This document shows, piece after piece, positions 9,805 to 20,454 of a stretch of 57,829 nt of DNA (the first letter of the stretch is position 1; each line of letters starts with the position of its first letter). The position numbers were made by a program, and so were the translations under genes. The stretch is from a virus. Lineage: Duplodnaviria; Caudoviricetes. The notes under the pieces are model-generated. The model had not been told where the DNA came from and ran no database searches. It saw nothing but the letters and a program-made list of their open reading frames with translations. The stretch lies in the IMG/VR virus record IMGVR_UViG_3300001683_000002, positions 1-57,829 of that record, one strand, 5' to 3'.

Positions 9805-11411
9805 CACCAGAATGGATAGACCTGCCGGCTAGCGTTTACAAATCATACGGAACTCCACCTATAATACCGTATGCAGTGAGCGCAACAACCATTGGCGCTG
9901 TAGCGCTTGATGATAATTCAGCTGGGTTAACTAATAAATTCTGGGGGGTAGGCTTTGAGCCTATCTCAAAAGAGATTAGACTGTGGGATGCAGGCACAGA
10001 AACAGTACTTCACACGGAGACAGAAGATGTAACCAACATAAGTATTGCGTTTACATCAGATGCTACGGTTGCTGTAGCGTATATAACAGCGTCAGGGGCA
10101 CTCAAGTTATACTGGTTTAGTGGTACGTACATTGTGTCCGCATTGGACACTGGGGTATCGCAGGTAGTGATCACTCTAGATATGAAGGATAACCCAAGTA
10201 ATCCGTCAAGTGACGTCATATTAACTTACTTAAAAAGTCAGGCCATCTTGACTAGGGTACAGAATCAATCGTACGCTATAGTGGGGACTACTCCTGCAGC
10301 TAGTGGAGCTGGTCTTATATTACAGTCAGGAATGTCTGTTGCTGGAAGATTTCAGGTCACATTCGAATCAGCTTCAGTATCAAGTGTCCTTGAAGCAGGT
10401 ATCGCAACTGATACTATTATTGCACTAGGTAATAACATTGGTACTATTGTGGATGAGGGGCTAACCAGTCAAGAGGCTCATAGCGCGGGATCTGACACCC
10501 CTGCGTCCTTATCAGAGAATACATCAGCGTCAGATGTTATCATTGGCGGCCTAGCAGCGATAGCTAGTGCAGTAGAGTCTACAACGGCACTAGATGCGAT
10601 TACAGCTGGAGTACGTATAACCAAGGCTCTTATCGAGTCCTTGTCCGCTATCGACCTTGTATCAGCAACAGGGAGCTTCAACGGATCATTAGGGGAAGCT
10701 AGCAATGCCACTGAAACCGAGACGACCAATTTAGGTTTTGAAGCTGCTGTTCTTGCGGCTGTTACTTCTTCTGATTTACAATCTCCTGCGGTAATAGCCC
10801 TGGTCGATGTATTAGAATTTGCTTCTCCATTAATTTTCGATGGTTGTACTGTAGATACGGCTGCTAGTTCGTCTGAATTTGCTTTTCCATTAGTTTTCCA
10901 AGGTACTTCGGCAGACTTTTTCGTCGCAGAACAAAGCGCTGCTGCTACCGATAGCATTTCATCACAGCTAACTAGCATAACAGGTGCAATAGCAAACGCA
11001 GTAGACGCAAGCGACACAATTATAAGCGGTATCATCAGTCTTAATGATATAGTAGAAGGGTCTACAGCAACAGATTCGGTTAGCTCTTCCGGTGTATTTT
11101 CAGTGTCATCTAGCGACCTAGCTAGCGCACTAGATAGCGCCATTAATTCCTCTAGCTTTGAAGTAGGAACACTAGAAGCAGTAGAGGCCTCAGATATATG
11201 GACTGGCTTTGATGCTGGTTTGATTAACGTCATAGAGCAAAGCGAGGCGGGTGATTTCTTCAGTGTCTTTTTAGCTAGTGATAGGGACTCGATCTCTTGG
11301 ATAGCTATAGAAGGATCTTCACCGTACACTATGGTAGAGTCCGGTGACCTTATATATGTAGAGCATAGCGATAAGCTAGTTTCTATAGGTGTCAGATATG
11401 CTGACGTATAA
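9801..11411 (+). CDS. Tail fibre-like protein with an S/A/E/D-rich repeat region
   Basis: N-terminus IGAVALDDNSAGL...W resembles siphovirus/podovirus tail-fibre proteins; C-terminal E...A.D periodicity. Confidence 0.55.
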   Translation: MTPEWIDLPASVYKSYGTPPIIPYAVSATTIGAVALDDNSAGLTNKFWGVGFEPISKEIRLWDAGTETVLHTETEDVTNISIAFTSDATVAVAYITASGALKLYWFSGTYIVSALDTGVSQVVITLDMKDNPSNPSSDVILTYLKSQAILTRVQNQSYAIVGTTPAASGAGLILQSGMSVAGRFQVTFESASVSSVLEAGIATDTIIALGNNIGTIVDEGLTSQEAHSAGSDTPASLSENTSASDVIIGGLAAIASAVESTTALDAITAGVRITKALIESLSAIDLVSATGSFNGSLGEASNATETETTNLGFEAAVLAAVTSSDLQSPAVIALVDVLEFASPLIFDGCTVDTAASSSEFAFPLVFQGTSADFFVAEQSAAATDSISSQLTSITGAIANAVDASDTIISGIISLNDIVEGSTATDSVSSSGVFSVSSSDLASALDSAINSSSFEVGTLEAVEASDIWTGFDAGLINVIEQSEAGDFFSVFLASDRDSISWIAIEGSSPYTMVESGDLIYVEHSDKLVSIGVRYADV

Positions 11412-11434
11412 TAACTAAATAACGAGAAATAATT

Positions 11435-11935
11435 ATGAGATCATACCCAGCAAATTCACAAGATATCCTACAGGCCAGTGCGCCTCAAGATCCTGATTCT
11501 GAACTATTTTATGGATTTAAATACAAGCCTCAAGTATGGGAGCCAGGAGTGGTTTACAATAAGCTGCTCAATTGGGTAGCTCCGACTGTTCCTAATGGAT
11601 ACCTGTACATAATTACAAGTAATGGCGTTAGTGGCTTAGATGAGCCTGTGTGGCCTACAGTAGCTAAAGGTACTATAGATGACGGCACTGTAAAATTCAA
11701 AGCCATCGAATACAACGCATTCTTATTCCCAGGCGATACGCTAACTGATAGCGCATGGACTGCAACAGGAGGCGTTCCGGTTACTAATACGTCTTTTACT
11801 GCTGAAGGTGAGACATTAGCAATGTTTGGGACTATCCCTGCAGGCGTAACAGAGTTCACTATCACTAATAGCGTTACTAAGCATAATGGAGAGAAAGACG
11901 ACCGGTCTCTACTTATAACAGTAGCAGAGAGATAA
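11435..11935 (+). CDS. Virion structural protein
   Basis: DPDSELFY and terminal DRSLLITV motifs; internal SG..EP.WP......DGTV.F module. Confidence 0.55.
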   Translation: MRSYPANSQDILQASAPQDPDSELFYGFKYKPQVWEPGVVYNKLLNWVAPTVPNGYLYIITSNGVSGLDEPVWPTVAKGTIDDGTVKFKAIEYNAFLFPGDTLTDSAWTATGGVPVTNTSFTAEGETLAMFGTIPAGVTEFTITNSVTKHNGEKDDRSLLITVAER

Positions 11936-11938
11936 GAT

Positions 11939-13108
11939 ATGGCTAATGATCCTACGGTTAACATAGATAAATTCACAGGCATTCGTAACAAGCAACAATC
12001 CAGAAGGTTAGCACCAGGGTCGTTGGTTACAGCGGAAAACGTCAACATCGATGATGCTGGCGGTATAGTTAAGCGCCAGGGACATTCTCTGGCTTTGTCT
12101 GCCTCCAATATAACAGCGGCTTTCTCTACTCATGATCAGCGTCGAACATTCGTTATTGACTCTGGTAATCTACAGCTCATTAATGAGGATTTTACAGTAG
12201 TAATCCTGGAAACAGGCCTGAGTGCTGAATACGTTTACTGGCTTGAAACGGCTGATTTCATACTAATGTCAACAGGACATCTTATTGATATTAACAATAA
12301 TGTTAGCCTATGGCGCATCCCAAATCCACTAGCACCCGTTGTAGCCCACGGATCTGGCGACCTCCCTGCTGGACAGTATCAGTTAGTAATTACTTACGTT
12401 GATAGCACAGGAAGAGAGGGCGGAGCAAGTGAAATCTTATTCTTTGATACTGAAGATAATGCTGGCTTTTCTTTCATACCAGAGTATAATGGTTATAACG
12501 TACGCGCGTATGTGTCCGACACTAACGGAACAGTTCTGTATTTTCAAGGCGAACATACGTCTGGTGGCGTAACAGTGACAGATACTTCGTTACTATCATC
12601 ACCTATAGATGACAATCAATTAAATTCATACCCTGCTCCAGCGGACAGCAAACAACTTGCGTTCTTTGAAAGCAGTGTATATACGGCAGTTCCAGATGGT
12701 AATCAAACTGCTGTGTTCTTTTCACAACCTTTCTGGTGGAACTTGTTCAGTTTACGTACTGATCACTTAATTGTCCCCGGCAAAGTTAATCTTCTTCACG
12801 GAACGCAGTCTGGGTTAGTTATTGCGACTGATGATGAGATCTACGTATACACAACAGAGGGCGCACTTGCGCGTATAGCAGAATATGGAGTGCCTGCAGG
12901 TAAGGCACTTGCAGAAGCGGACAATGGAGTGTCTTATATACATACCAACCAGGGTCTTTGCCGGCTATTCCCGTTTGAGAATTTAACGGAGGATAAGTTG
13001 AGCTTAGCTCCTGGCGATCTATGTTACACGGAAGTGATGGAGGACGAAGGATATACACGAGTCGTTACGATAACGGACGGTAATGGAGTGGCAGACAACA
13101 AACTTTAA
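11939..13108 (+). CDS. Tail nozzle/stabilisation-like virion protein
   Basis: F.GI.N......L....AENVNIDD.G.I.KR.G N-terminus typical of podovirus tail proteins. Confidence 0.6.
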   Translation: MANDPTVNIDKFTGIRNKQQSRRLAPGSLVTAENVNIDDAGGIVKRQGHSLALSASNITAAFSTHDQRRTFVIDSGNLQLINEDFTVVILETGLSAEYVYWLETADFILMSTGHLIDINNNVSLWRIPNPLAPVVAHGSGDLPAGQYQLVITYVDSTGREGGASEILFFDTEDNAGFSFIPEYNGYNVRAYVSDTNGTVLYFQGEHTSGGVTVTDTSLLSSPIDDNQLNSYPAPADSKQLAFFESSVYTAVPDGNQTAVFFSQPFWWNLFSLRTDHLIVPGKVNLLHGTQSGLVIATDDEIYVYTTEGALARIAEYGVPAGKALAEADNGVSYIHTNQGLCRLFPFENLTEDKLSLAPGDLCYTEVMEDEGYTRVVTITDGNGVADNKL

Positions 13109-13127
13109 CTTAATTTAGGAAATAAAA

Positions 13128-13553
13128 ATGACAGTAAAATACTCAACAGGCCAACTAAATAGTTTGCAGGAGAAGATTAAAGCGGATATGACTCTCTCTT
13201 TTGTCAATATCTATACTGGCGCACAACCTGCGTCGTCTGATCAACCTATGACAGGGACTCTATTAGCAGTAGTATCAATTGACGCTAACGGTACAGGCTT
13301 GACGTTTGATACGCCATCTGGTACTAGTATGTCTATCCCTGCAGGTGTCAACTGGCAGTACACTGGTATTGCAGCTGGTACGGCAGGATGTTTTAGACTT
13401 GTATCCTCAACTGATACTAACGCACAATCCACAACAGAGAAGCGTATTGACGGTAACGTAGGTACAACTTCAGGTGACATGATCCTTAGCAACATTAACA
13501 TCGTTGTTGGTGCTCCAGGAACAGTCGATATCTTCAACATCGTACTTTCATAA
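13128..13553 (+). CDS. Virion structural protein (paralog of 15173-15619)
   Basis: IYTGAQPA..D, GTA..FRL and RIDG.VG motifs. Confidence 0.65.
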   Translation: MTVKYSTGQLNSLQEKIKADMTLSFVNIYTGAQPASSDQPMTGTLLAVVSIDANGTGLTFDTPSGTSMSIPAGVNWQYTGIAAGTAGCFRLVSSTDTNAQSTTEKRIDGNVGTTSGDMILSNINIVVGAPGTVDIFNIVLS

Positions 13554-13563
13554 GGGGCTTATC

Positions 13564-13989
13564 ATGGCAATGTCCAATTTTTCAGAAACGGCAGTACTGG
13601 ATCATATTTTGACCGCTACAGCTTACACGTCGCCTAATGCTACATTGCATCTAGGTCTTCTTGTAGCAGGGTTCTTAGACGGAAGTCCTGCAGCTGGTGA
13701 AGTAGATGCCGTGGCTGACGACACAGCATACGCTAGACAACCCATTTCATTCGGCGCTGCTGTTGCTGGGAACTTACAATCATCAAGTGAGAGCAGTAAC
13801 ACTCAAACATTCCCTGCAGTAGTGCATGGAACTAACGCTGCAGACTACAATGTAACGCACTTTGCTATCTATGACGCATTAGTCGCTGGGAACGTTATTT
13901 ACTGGGCACCTTTATCAGCTTCTATCTTAAGGCAGGTAGGCAAGACTCTTGTCTTTGATACTGGTAATGTCACAGTGGTGCAGAGCTAA
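13564..13989 (+). CDS. Virion structural protein
   Basis: Start moved to ATG 13564 (AAGGGG RBS); MSNFSE..LDH, YARQPISF and THFAIYDA..GN motifs. Confidence 0.65.
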   Translation: MAMSNFSETAVLDHILTATAYTSPNATLHLGLLVAGFLDGSPAAGEVDAVADDTAYARQPISFGAAVAGNLQSSSESSNTQTFPAVVHGTNAADYNVTHFAIYDALVAGNVIYWAPLSASILRQVGKTLVFDTGNVTVVQS

Positions 13990-15134
13990 TGGTTGATCCC
14001 TTCTGGATAAATTTACGGAACGCCAACAGCAACCAAGGAGAAATCCCTTTATCCCCTAACTCTTTATGGGTTACGGGTCAGGGACTGTATGGTCAGATAG
14101 GAGACGGAAGTGCAGCGCCCAGACATTATTTTGATGTTCTGACTGGGTTTGAACCATTCTCGCCTGTACCGGGCTTTCCACTAGAGAGTGATCTTACTAT
14201 AATTGATGGAGCGGGTAACAGTGCGTTCCTGATAAGTAACGGAGTCATATGGGGAACTGGTAGAGACCATAGCGGAAAGCTGGGTATCGGTGGCGGTATA
14301 GGTGTTCATCAAGACGCTTTTGAACCATCAATAACAGCAAACATGGTGTCCGTATCGGGTAGTGCGTCGAGTCAGTCAGTGGCTCTGGATAGCACGGGCT
14401 TAATGTGGGGTGCAGGAGCTACTAATCAGTTAGGTGGTGTAGGCGGCGGTGATTCTTTTGTTCCAATGGGACTTGTTGCAGATAGTGTACACTGTGCGAG
14501 TGCTGGGGTTTTCTATATTCTTAATGGTTCGTTATTTGCGACTAGCTCGTCTAATACTAGCTCAGAGTTTGGATTTGGAGATTTTCTTCCGCATCCTACA
14601 TTCCAGCCGGTACCGGGCATGGTAGGTGTTAAGTCTGTGCAGAGTATAGGAGGAGTGTCATTCGCGATCATGCTAAATGGTGACTTATATGCTGATGGGT
14701 TTTCTTGGCACAACGATGGCAACAATCAAACCCCAGGTTTCACCTTTACAGGGTTGACAAATGTTACTGCTGTCGATAGCTCAGATGACTTCGGCATGGC
14801 AATATCTAATGGAACGCTATACGCGTGGGGAACGAATACAAGCGGACAACTAGGAATGGGTGATAAGGTTAACAGATTCGGTGCGCCAAGCTTTACTAAC
14901 ACTGGTCACACTGGAGTAACCCAGGTTGCCTGCGGGGATCAGCATACGATGATGGTTAAAAATGGACAGCTATACGCTGCTGGTTCAAATTTCCACGGAC
15001 AACTAGGACTGGGTGCGCTTCCGGAATCGATATCGTTTGTTACAACAACCGATACATTCTTAAATGTAATTGACAACGTTGCACAAATTAGTTGCGGACT
15101 GAATACTTCTTACGTTTTAAGAAGCTCGTATTAA
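13989..15134 (+). CDS. RCC1/BLIP-II-type beta-propeller protein, putative receptor-binding
   Basis: Repeated [LIV][WY].[TWA]G.N..GQLG.G units and VACGDQHT / ISCGLNTS. Confidence 0.8.
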   Translation: MVDPFWINLRNANSNQGEIPLSPNSLWVTGQGLYGQIGDGSAAPRHYFDVLTGFEPFSPVPGFPLESDLTIIDGAGNSAFLISNGVIWGTGRDHSGKLGIGGGIGVHQDAFEPSITANMVSVSGSASSQSVALDSTGLMWGAGATNQLGGVGGGDSFVPMGLVADSVHCASAGVFYILNGSLFATSSSNTSSEFGFGDFLPHPTFQPVPGMVGVKSVQSIGGVSFAIMLNGDLYADGFSWHNDGNNQTPGFTFTGLTNVTAVDSSDDFGMAISNGTLYAWGTNTSGQLGMGDKVNRFGAPSFTNTGHTGVTQVACGDQHTMMVKNGQLYAAGSNFHGQLGLGALPESISFVTTTDTFLNVIDNVAQISCGLNTSYVLRSSY

Positions 15135-15172
15135 GCAGTTAGACATTTATTAAATAAAATAGGAATAAGATA

Positions 15173-15619
15173 ATGGCTTTAAAATTAAGCACAGGATTAA
15201 GAAATAGCATGCTAGTGACCGCGCCATTTAAAGGCAGTATGGATACCTGCGTGATGAAGATATACTCTGGCACTGTTCCAGCAACAGCTGATGCTGACTG
15301 TACTGCAGCAGCATTGTTATGTACAATATTTAAAGATAATGACGGAGTTACTACGCTAACGTTTGAAGGAGCCGCTGTCGATGGCACAGTGACTAAGACG
15401 ACCGCTGAAGTATGGGCGGGTACTAATGCCTTATCAGGTACTGCGTCTTTCTATAGACTAGAGCTTGCAGCTGACGATCAGTTATTAAGCACTACACAGG
15501 TCAGAGTGCAGGGCGACGTAGGTACTTCAGGAAAGGAATTAAACCTAACAAGCACAGTACTGACAGTAAACTCAACTCAGAATATTGACTTCTTCTCTTT
15601 AAGTTTACCAACCTTATAA
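15173..15619 (+). CDS. Virion structural protein (paralog of 13128-13553)
   Basis: IYSGTVPATAD, GTASFYRL and RVQGDVG motifs. Confidence 0.65.
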   Translation: MALKLSTGLRNSMLVTAPFKGSMDTCVMKIYSGTVPATADADCTAAALLCTIFKDNDGVTTLTFEGAAVDGTVTKTTAEVWAGTNALSGTASFYRLELAADDQLLSTTQVRVQGDVGTSGKELNLTSTVLTVNSTQNIDFFSLSLPTL

Positions 15620-15624
15620 TATAA

Positions 15625-17373
15625 ATGTCGTCATTTACGTACGAAGGCAGCCTTAGCCAAGCGCTACAGTGGTGGCCTTTTGCTATTGGACAGCAAGCAG
15701 TTATGGCTAAGCATGGGCAGGTTATGAAAACAGTCGTTCCTGCTCCTGGCGTAACTGTCATGATACGTACTGCGCCCAACCATGTGCATATAATTGCAGG
15801 TGAAATTGGGTACGAATTCTCTATACACCTTTACCCTTTTTTTGGAAACGATATAGAGGTTGCTTACTTCTTAGATACTAAAGACGCCAAACAAAAGGAC
15901 GGTGTAGGAGAGAGTATATTAGGATCCCCTTATCAAGATGGTTTAATCCCGTCTACGCCAGTACAAGGCAATCATATCAATATGTGGATGGGTGAGGAAG
16001 GTCGTGTAATGACAGGTTGTAATGGACAGAGATACGGATCTGGCGTAGGGTTAAGCACTTCTAATATGTCAGATAAGGTCACAGAGAGGTATCCTCGACT
16101 AGTTATTGACAGACAGCTACTATGGGAAGGCGATCAGCTAGTAACAGCCGCAGCGATAGTTTTTGGAGTAAAGGTTGGGGTTAGTTTAGATGGTGGCTTA
16201 CACTACTGGAGTGGAACTAATAATGACCACTCATTTTTTCCAACTGTACTTGGTGCAGGAACTGAGTGTTACTGGGTTTTCAATAAGGCAGGTACTGAGT
16301 GCGTAGGTATAGACTACGGCATATATGACAGTCAAGTAGAAAGAACAGCTAACCTAATAAGAATTACCTGGACTGAAGAGTTCATTCATAATGGCACGGA
16401 ACAGATTATCACTCCTGAATATACATCTGAGCCTATAAATATAAGTACTTACGCTGCAGACTATGACCGTACAGAGGATGCTGACGAGTTAATTACGTGT
16501 GAGTTTAAAAGTTATAACAGAGGGTCGTATACACTCTTTCCTGGATATATAGGAACTGAGAAAAACCCACCTGACTATCGAGACACATTCGAAGCTTACA
16601 GATTCCAGGAAGGGGACTATAGCTTTGTTAAGGACGGGGTAACGCTAAATGGCTATTTCTATTGGTACTACAAGGATGCATGGGAAGACGTGCCAGTTGG
16701 TCTCATCGGTGATGTGGCGCCCTATGTAGGGACAAGGACTGACCTTGGTAGTATGTTCTGGATGGACGCTGTGGACACCACAATGGTCATTTCTCGTGGG
16801 TTCACATCCAAGAAATTAGCAGACATAATACCTTTTGCTTATAACGATCGAGGAACAGACTTACCTCTGGGTAGAGTTGATCCAACTGATGTATCGTATA
16901 GGGGATCGCTAATAGGAATGGATTTGCGATATAGATCTTACTGTATTTCTACAGATGGATACATCTCTAGTCCTACTGAAATAGTTAGCACACACACACC
17001 TACATTCAATACTAATATAACGTGCGTAGTAAATGGAAAGGCCGTGATGAATGGCGCTCTTAGCTCTGGTACTATAGTGCCATTCGAGGGAATGCAGACG
17101 CCTAGTAAGAATGTTCCAGAACAATACAGAATAATGACGTCCTATGAGCTTGTACGTAGAGCTGAGGGACTGGCTGTTTCACCGAAAGGGGACGAAGCCG
17201 CAACATATGTACGTACAACTTTTACAGGCCTGTCTCACGATATAGATTTTAATAGTAGCGAAACGTCAATGTTTGGAGGATATCACGCTAACGTATTAGA
17301 TAAGTTCATCTCTGATGGCAATAGCATTGGCTACAGCGAAACACTGATTTCAACATACAATTCATGGGTATAG
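15625..17373 (+). CDS. Hypothetical virion protein
   Basis: 582-aa ORF in the tail module, aromatic/beta-rich. Confidence 0.55.
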   Translation: MSSFTYEGSLSQALQWWPFAIGQQAVMAKHGQVMKTVVPAPGVTVMIRTAPNHVHIIAGEIGYEFSIHLYPFFGNDIEVAYFLDTKDAKQKDGVGESILGSPYQDGLIPSTPVQGNHINMWMGEEGRVMTGCNGQRYGSGVGLSTSNMSDKVTERYPRLVIDRQLLWEGDQLVTAAAIVFGVKVGVSLDGGLHYWSGTNNDHSFFPTVLGAGTECYWVFNKAGTECVGIDYGIYDSQVERTANLIRITWTEEFIHNGTEQIITPEYTSEPINISTYAADYDRTEDADELITCEFKSYNRGSYTLFPGYIGTEKNPPDYRDTFEAYRFQEGDYSFVKDGVTLNGYFYWYYKDAWEDVPVGLIGDVAPYVGTRTDLGSMFWMDAVDTTMVISRGFTSKKLADIIPFAYNDRGTDLPLGRVDPTDVSYRGSLIGMDLRYRSYCISTDGYISSPTEIVSTHTPTFNTNITCVVNGKAVMNGALSSGTIVPFEGMQTPSKNVPEQYRIMTSYELVRRAEGLAVSPKGDEAATYVRTTFTGLSHDIDFNSSETSMFGGYHANVLDKFISDGNSIGYSETLISTYNSWV

Positions 17374-17376
17374 TAA

Positions 17377-20300
17377 ATGGCTAATTCAATATCAAAAACA
17401 ATTCAACAAATTCTTGTACCCTCATCCCCTGTTACAGTAACAACGTCAACTCCAGGGTCAGTTAAACTTTCCCTAAAATCCAGTAGAGAGCCTGCTGTTT
17501 ATAGTTACTTATCTATAGCACCTAAGTCTGGCGCCTCTGGTAGTTCTTATACTAACACCTACCTAGACCTTACTCAACCAAAGAGCATACTTGAAGATGT
17601 GTGGGAAGGTGTAGAACCTGGAACTTATACAGTATTCGCAAGAGGTACTGCAAAATTCCTAGATAGCACTAATACTGAGCCCGGAGCTACTTTTCCAATG
17701 ACTGTTCCTGAGTCATGGATAGACACCGTCACTACACCCGCTAAAACAACTACAATAACATATACACCACCACCTGTATTGGTAGATGCTCCTACAGCAA
17801 GTTGGGATTCAGGCGGCACATCTTCACCAGTATTTTCTGATGATGGTGAAGTATCCTTTAGAATAAAGGGCGATAACGTACAGTCTGTTGCCGGTCTAAA
17901 CGAATCATTAGGAGCTGAGTCAGTCACTTACACTGATATCAATTTCGCTATATATGCGAATCGTGGTGAATACCGGGTAATGGAAAATGGAGGGTACTCC
18001 ACTGCAGCTCAACCGTTTACTGAAGAGCAGGTATTTAAGATTTCTCGTATCGGAGGCCTGGTAAAGTACTACGTAGATGACGCTCTGATTCATTCGTCAC
18101 TTCAAGTGTCTACTGCAGACCTGATACTGGATGCGTCATTGTATTATGGCGGTGACACTATATTGGATGGTGAACTAATAGATCTAGAATCACTTTCCGT
18201 GATCGCTCCATCTCCGCAAGTACTAGCAGGATCATCTGAATTAGAACATAAAGTCATTCAAACAGGAAATGGAGCTCTAGGTTGGGGCACATTTTATGGG
18301 TTGTCAGACATGGATCTGATCAGAACATCTATCTATGCAACCGAAACACTTAGTGGTGAGGCTTCTGCGTCAGCTACTGGGAGAGAGCTTGAAGGTCAGA
18401 ATAACTCTCATACACTTCCTTTAACTGGTATATCTAGTGATGTGCCATATGGAGCTGGTACAGGAGCAATGCTACCGGCTACTAGCTCAGCTGCTGCTGG
18501 ACTGATTAATGTTGGTGTGGGTATTGGGAATGCCTTAATGCACCCCGCTCTGTCTCAGGCTACAGGATTGACCGGTGGAAATAACTTAGATACCACGGCA
18601 AGCATGCAGGCTATCACCGGGCTTTCCTCTGATAGAGATCTAGCGCAAGGCATCGGGTCTATGTCAGAAATGACAGGATTTGCAACGAACTATACGACTC
18701 CGCAAGCTAGGCCAGAGGTGACAATATATACGACTCTAGCACAAGGTTCCGGAACATTACTACATACTGGTAGGCATATACTAACAGCCGCTCACGTACT
18801 AGATGGTTCTCAGCACTTAACGGCTAATTACAGCCTGGTCTTTTTTGATGCGATAGAAAACGGATTTACACCGCCTGCAATAACAGGGATAACATTCCAC
18901 CCTGATTGGGACGGAGACTTCAGAAACGGTAATGACATTGCGATCATAGAGCTAGAGGAGTATATCCCCTGGGCAAGAGGTATTGAACCAAGTCAGTCAC
19001 TCGACTCTATAGATAGGGATTGGGACGCTTTATCTTATAGTCCTCGCGTACATCCAGTAACTGGGTCAGTATCAACTGCAGGATGGGATGCGTACGCAAA
19101 CACTTACGACGACAATGAAGTTGCTATTAATGCAAGACTTCCTGGTACATTTAATGTCCCAGTCGATTCAATGCTGGCGTATGATTACGACAATGGACTA
19201 GCAGCTAACGATGCCTTTGATGTCGTTCTTGGTATACCTGGATTAGGGATTGATAATGAAGGTATAGCTACGCCTGGAGACTCTGGAAGCGCAAGGGTTA
19301 TTGATGGGAAGATAGTAGGTATATCCAGCTATAGTGGATCCACTGGATCATCAGCAGACATTAATACAGCTAGTAACGGTACTTACGGGGACTTCGGGTT
19401 TGACGTTAGAGTTTCCTACTACCTTGATTTTATTGAAGAAACAGTGGGATCACTGACGTTTGCTACCTCACCAGACAATACTGTTCCTGGCCAGGCTGAT
19501 GTTGCAATAACAGGCTTTAACACATTCATCTATAGTATAGGTAAGGCTAACTTTAATACTGCTAGCCTAAGCGGCTTTGATACAGAAGTAACACTATATG
19601 GTGGATCTGTCGCAGCAGTTGGATCAATGACGACGTCTATAGAGTCCACTGTTAACAATCCTGTTTACGGGGTGGTTAATCTAGGATCATTCACATCATC
19701 AATGACATCAACAAGTCCTACTGGTTCGATAGCTTCTGCAGACGTCCATATGAGGCTTGGGAAGACCGTAGTGGCTTATACAGGCGCAAGCTGTACCATA
19801 GGGTCATTTAGTAGCACAATCACCGCTAAGGGCATTAACGGGCTTGTTGGACGGGCTACGCTAGAAGGATTCAGTACATCACTAACTTCGATTGTGAGTA
19901 CTCCTTATCTTGCTCAAGCAAATATTGCGATGCCTAGTGTAACTAGCGTGTACGGAATTGCAAGACCAGGTGGCTTTAGCACACAGATAATTGCTAGTAA
20001 TACTCTAGTAGTTAATAACGTCGTTGCGTACTCTGTTAACGTGACGTCGAATGAAACAACAATTTACACGCCTTACGAGTTCGACTCAATACTAAGGATA
20101 TTTAATAAATACTATGGCGTTAAGTCAACAGGATTGTATTTACTAGAGGGAGTAGACGATGATGGGGTCAATATCGACGTTAAGATTAAGACGTCAATGA
20201 TGGACTTTGGTACAGCATTACATAAAAGAGTTCCTTATATGTATATGGACTCAGACAATGACACACTCATAACTCCTTTCATCGATGACGTACCAAGCGA

Positions 20301-20454
20301 ACAACATCAGTCTGGGTTTGCTGGAAGAAGAACTAAACTAGGGCGAGGTAACTCAGGTAGATTCTGGGGCTTTGAAGTAGTTAACGTTGAGGGTAACGAG
20401 TTCAAGCTAGGTAGCTTAGAAGCGTACGCACAAACACTAAATAGGAAAGTATAA
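17377..20454 (+). CDS. Large tail-region protein with an inserted trypsin-like (S1) serine protease domain
   Basis: ILTAAH (His 18793), NDIAIIEL (Asp 18934), GDSGS (19276-19290); C-terminal DFGT..KR / R.KLGRG..GRFW region of tail-protein type. Confidence 0.72.
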   Translation: MANSISKTIQQILVPSSPVTVTTSTPGSVKLSLKSSREPAVYSYLSIAPKSGASGSSYTNTYLDLTQPKSILEDVWEGVEPGTYTVFARGTAKFLDSTNTEPGATFPMTVPESWIDTVTTPAKTTTITYTPPPVLVDAPTASWDSGGTSSPVFSDDGEVSFRIKGDNVQSVAGLNESLGAESVTYTDINFAIYANRGEYRVMENGGYSTAAQPFTEEQVFKISRIGGLVKYYVDDALIHSSLQVSTADLILDASLYYGGDTILDGELIDLESLSVIAPSPQVLAGSSELEHKVIQTGNGALGWGTFYGLSDMDLIRTSIYATETLSGEASASATGRELEGQNNSHTLPLTGISSDVPYGAGTGAMLPATSSAAAGLINVGVGIGNALMHPALSQATGLTGGNNLDTTASMQAITGLSSDRDLAQGIGSMSEMTGFATNYTTPQARPEVTIYTTLAQGSGTLLHTGRHILTAAHVLDGSQHLTANYSLVFFDAIENGFTPPAITGITFHPDWDGDFRNGNDIAIIELEEYIPWARGIEPSQSLDSIDRDWDALSYSPRVHPVTGSVSTAGWDAYANTYDDNEVAINARLPGTFNVPVDSMLAYDYDNGLAANDAFDVVLGIPGLGIDNEGIATPGDSGSARVIDGKIVGISSYSGSTGSSADINTASNGTYGDFGFDVRVSYYLDFIEETVGSLTFATSPDNTVPGQADVAITGFNTFIYSIGKANFNTASLSGFDTEVTLYGGSVAAVGSMTTSIESTVNNPVYGVVNLGSFTSSMTSTSPTGSIASADVHMRLGKTVVAYTGASCTIGSFSSTITAKGINGLVGRATLEGFSTSLTSIVSTPYLAQANIAMPSVTSVYGIARPGGFSTQIIASNTLVVNNVVAYSVNVTSNETTIYTPYEFDSILRIFNKYYGVKSTGLYLLEGVDDDGVNIDVKIKTSMMDFGTALHKRVPYMYMDSDNDTLITPFIDDVPSEQHQSGFAGRRTKLGRGNSGRFWGFEVVNVEGNEFKLGSLEAYAQTLNRKV

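Noticed and set aside
10478-11329. 283-aa minus-strand ORF
   Set aside because: Antisense shadow of the low-complexity S/A-rich gene 9801-11411; no motifs
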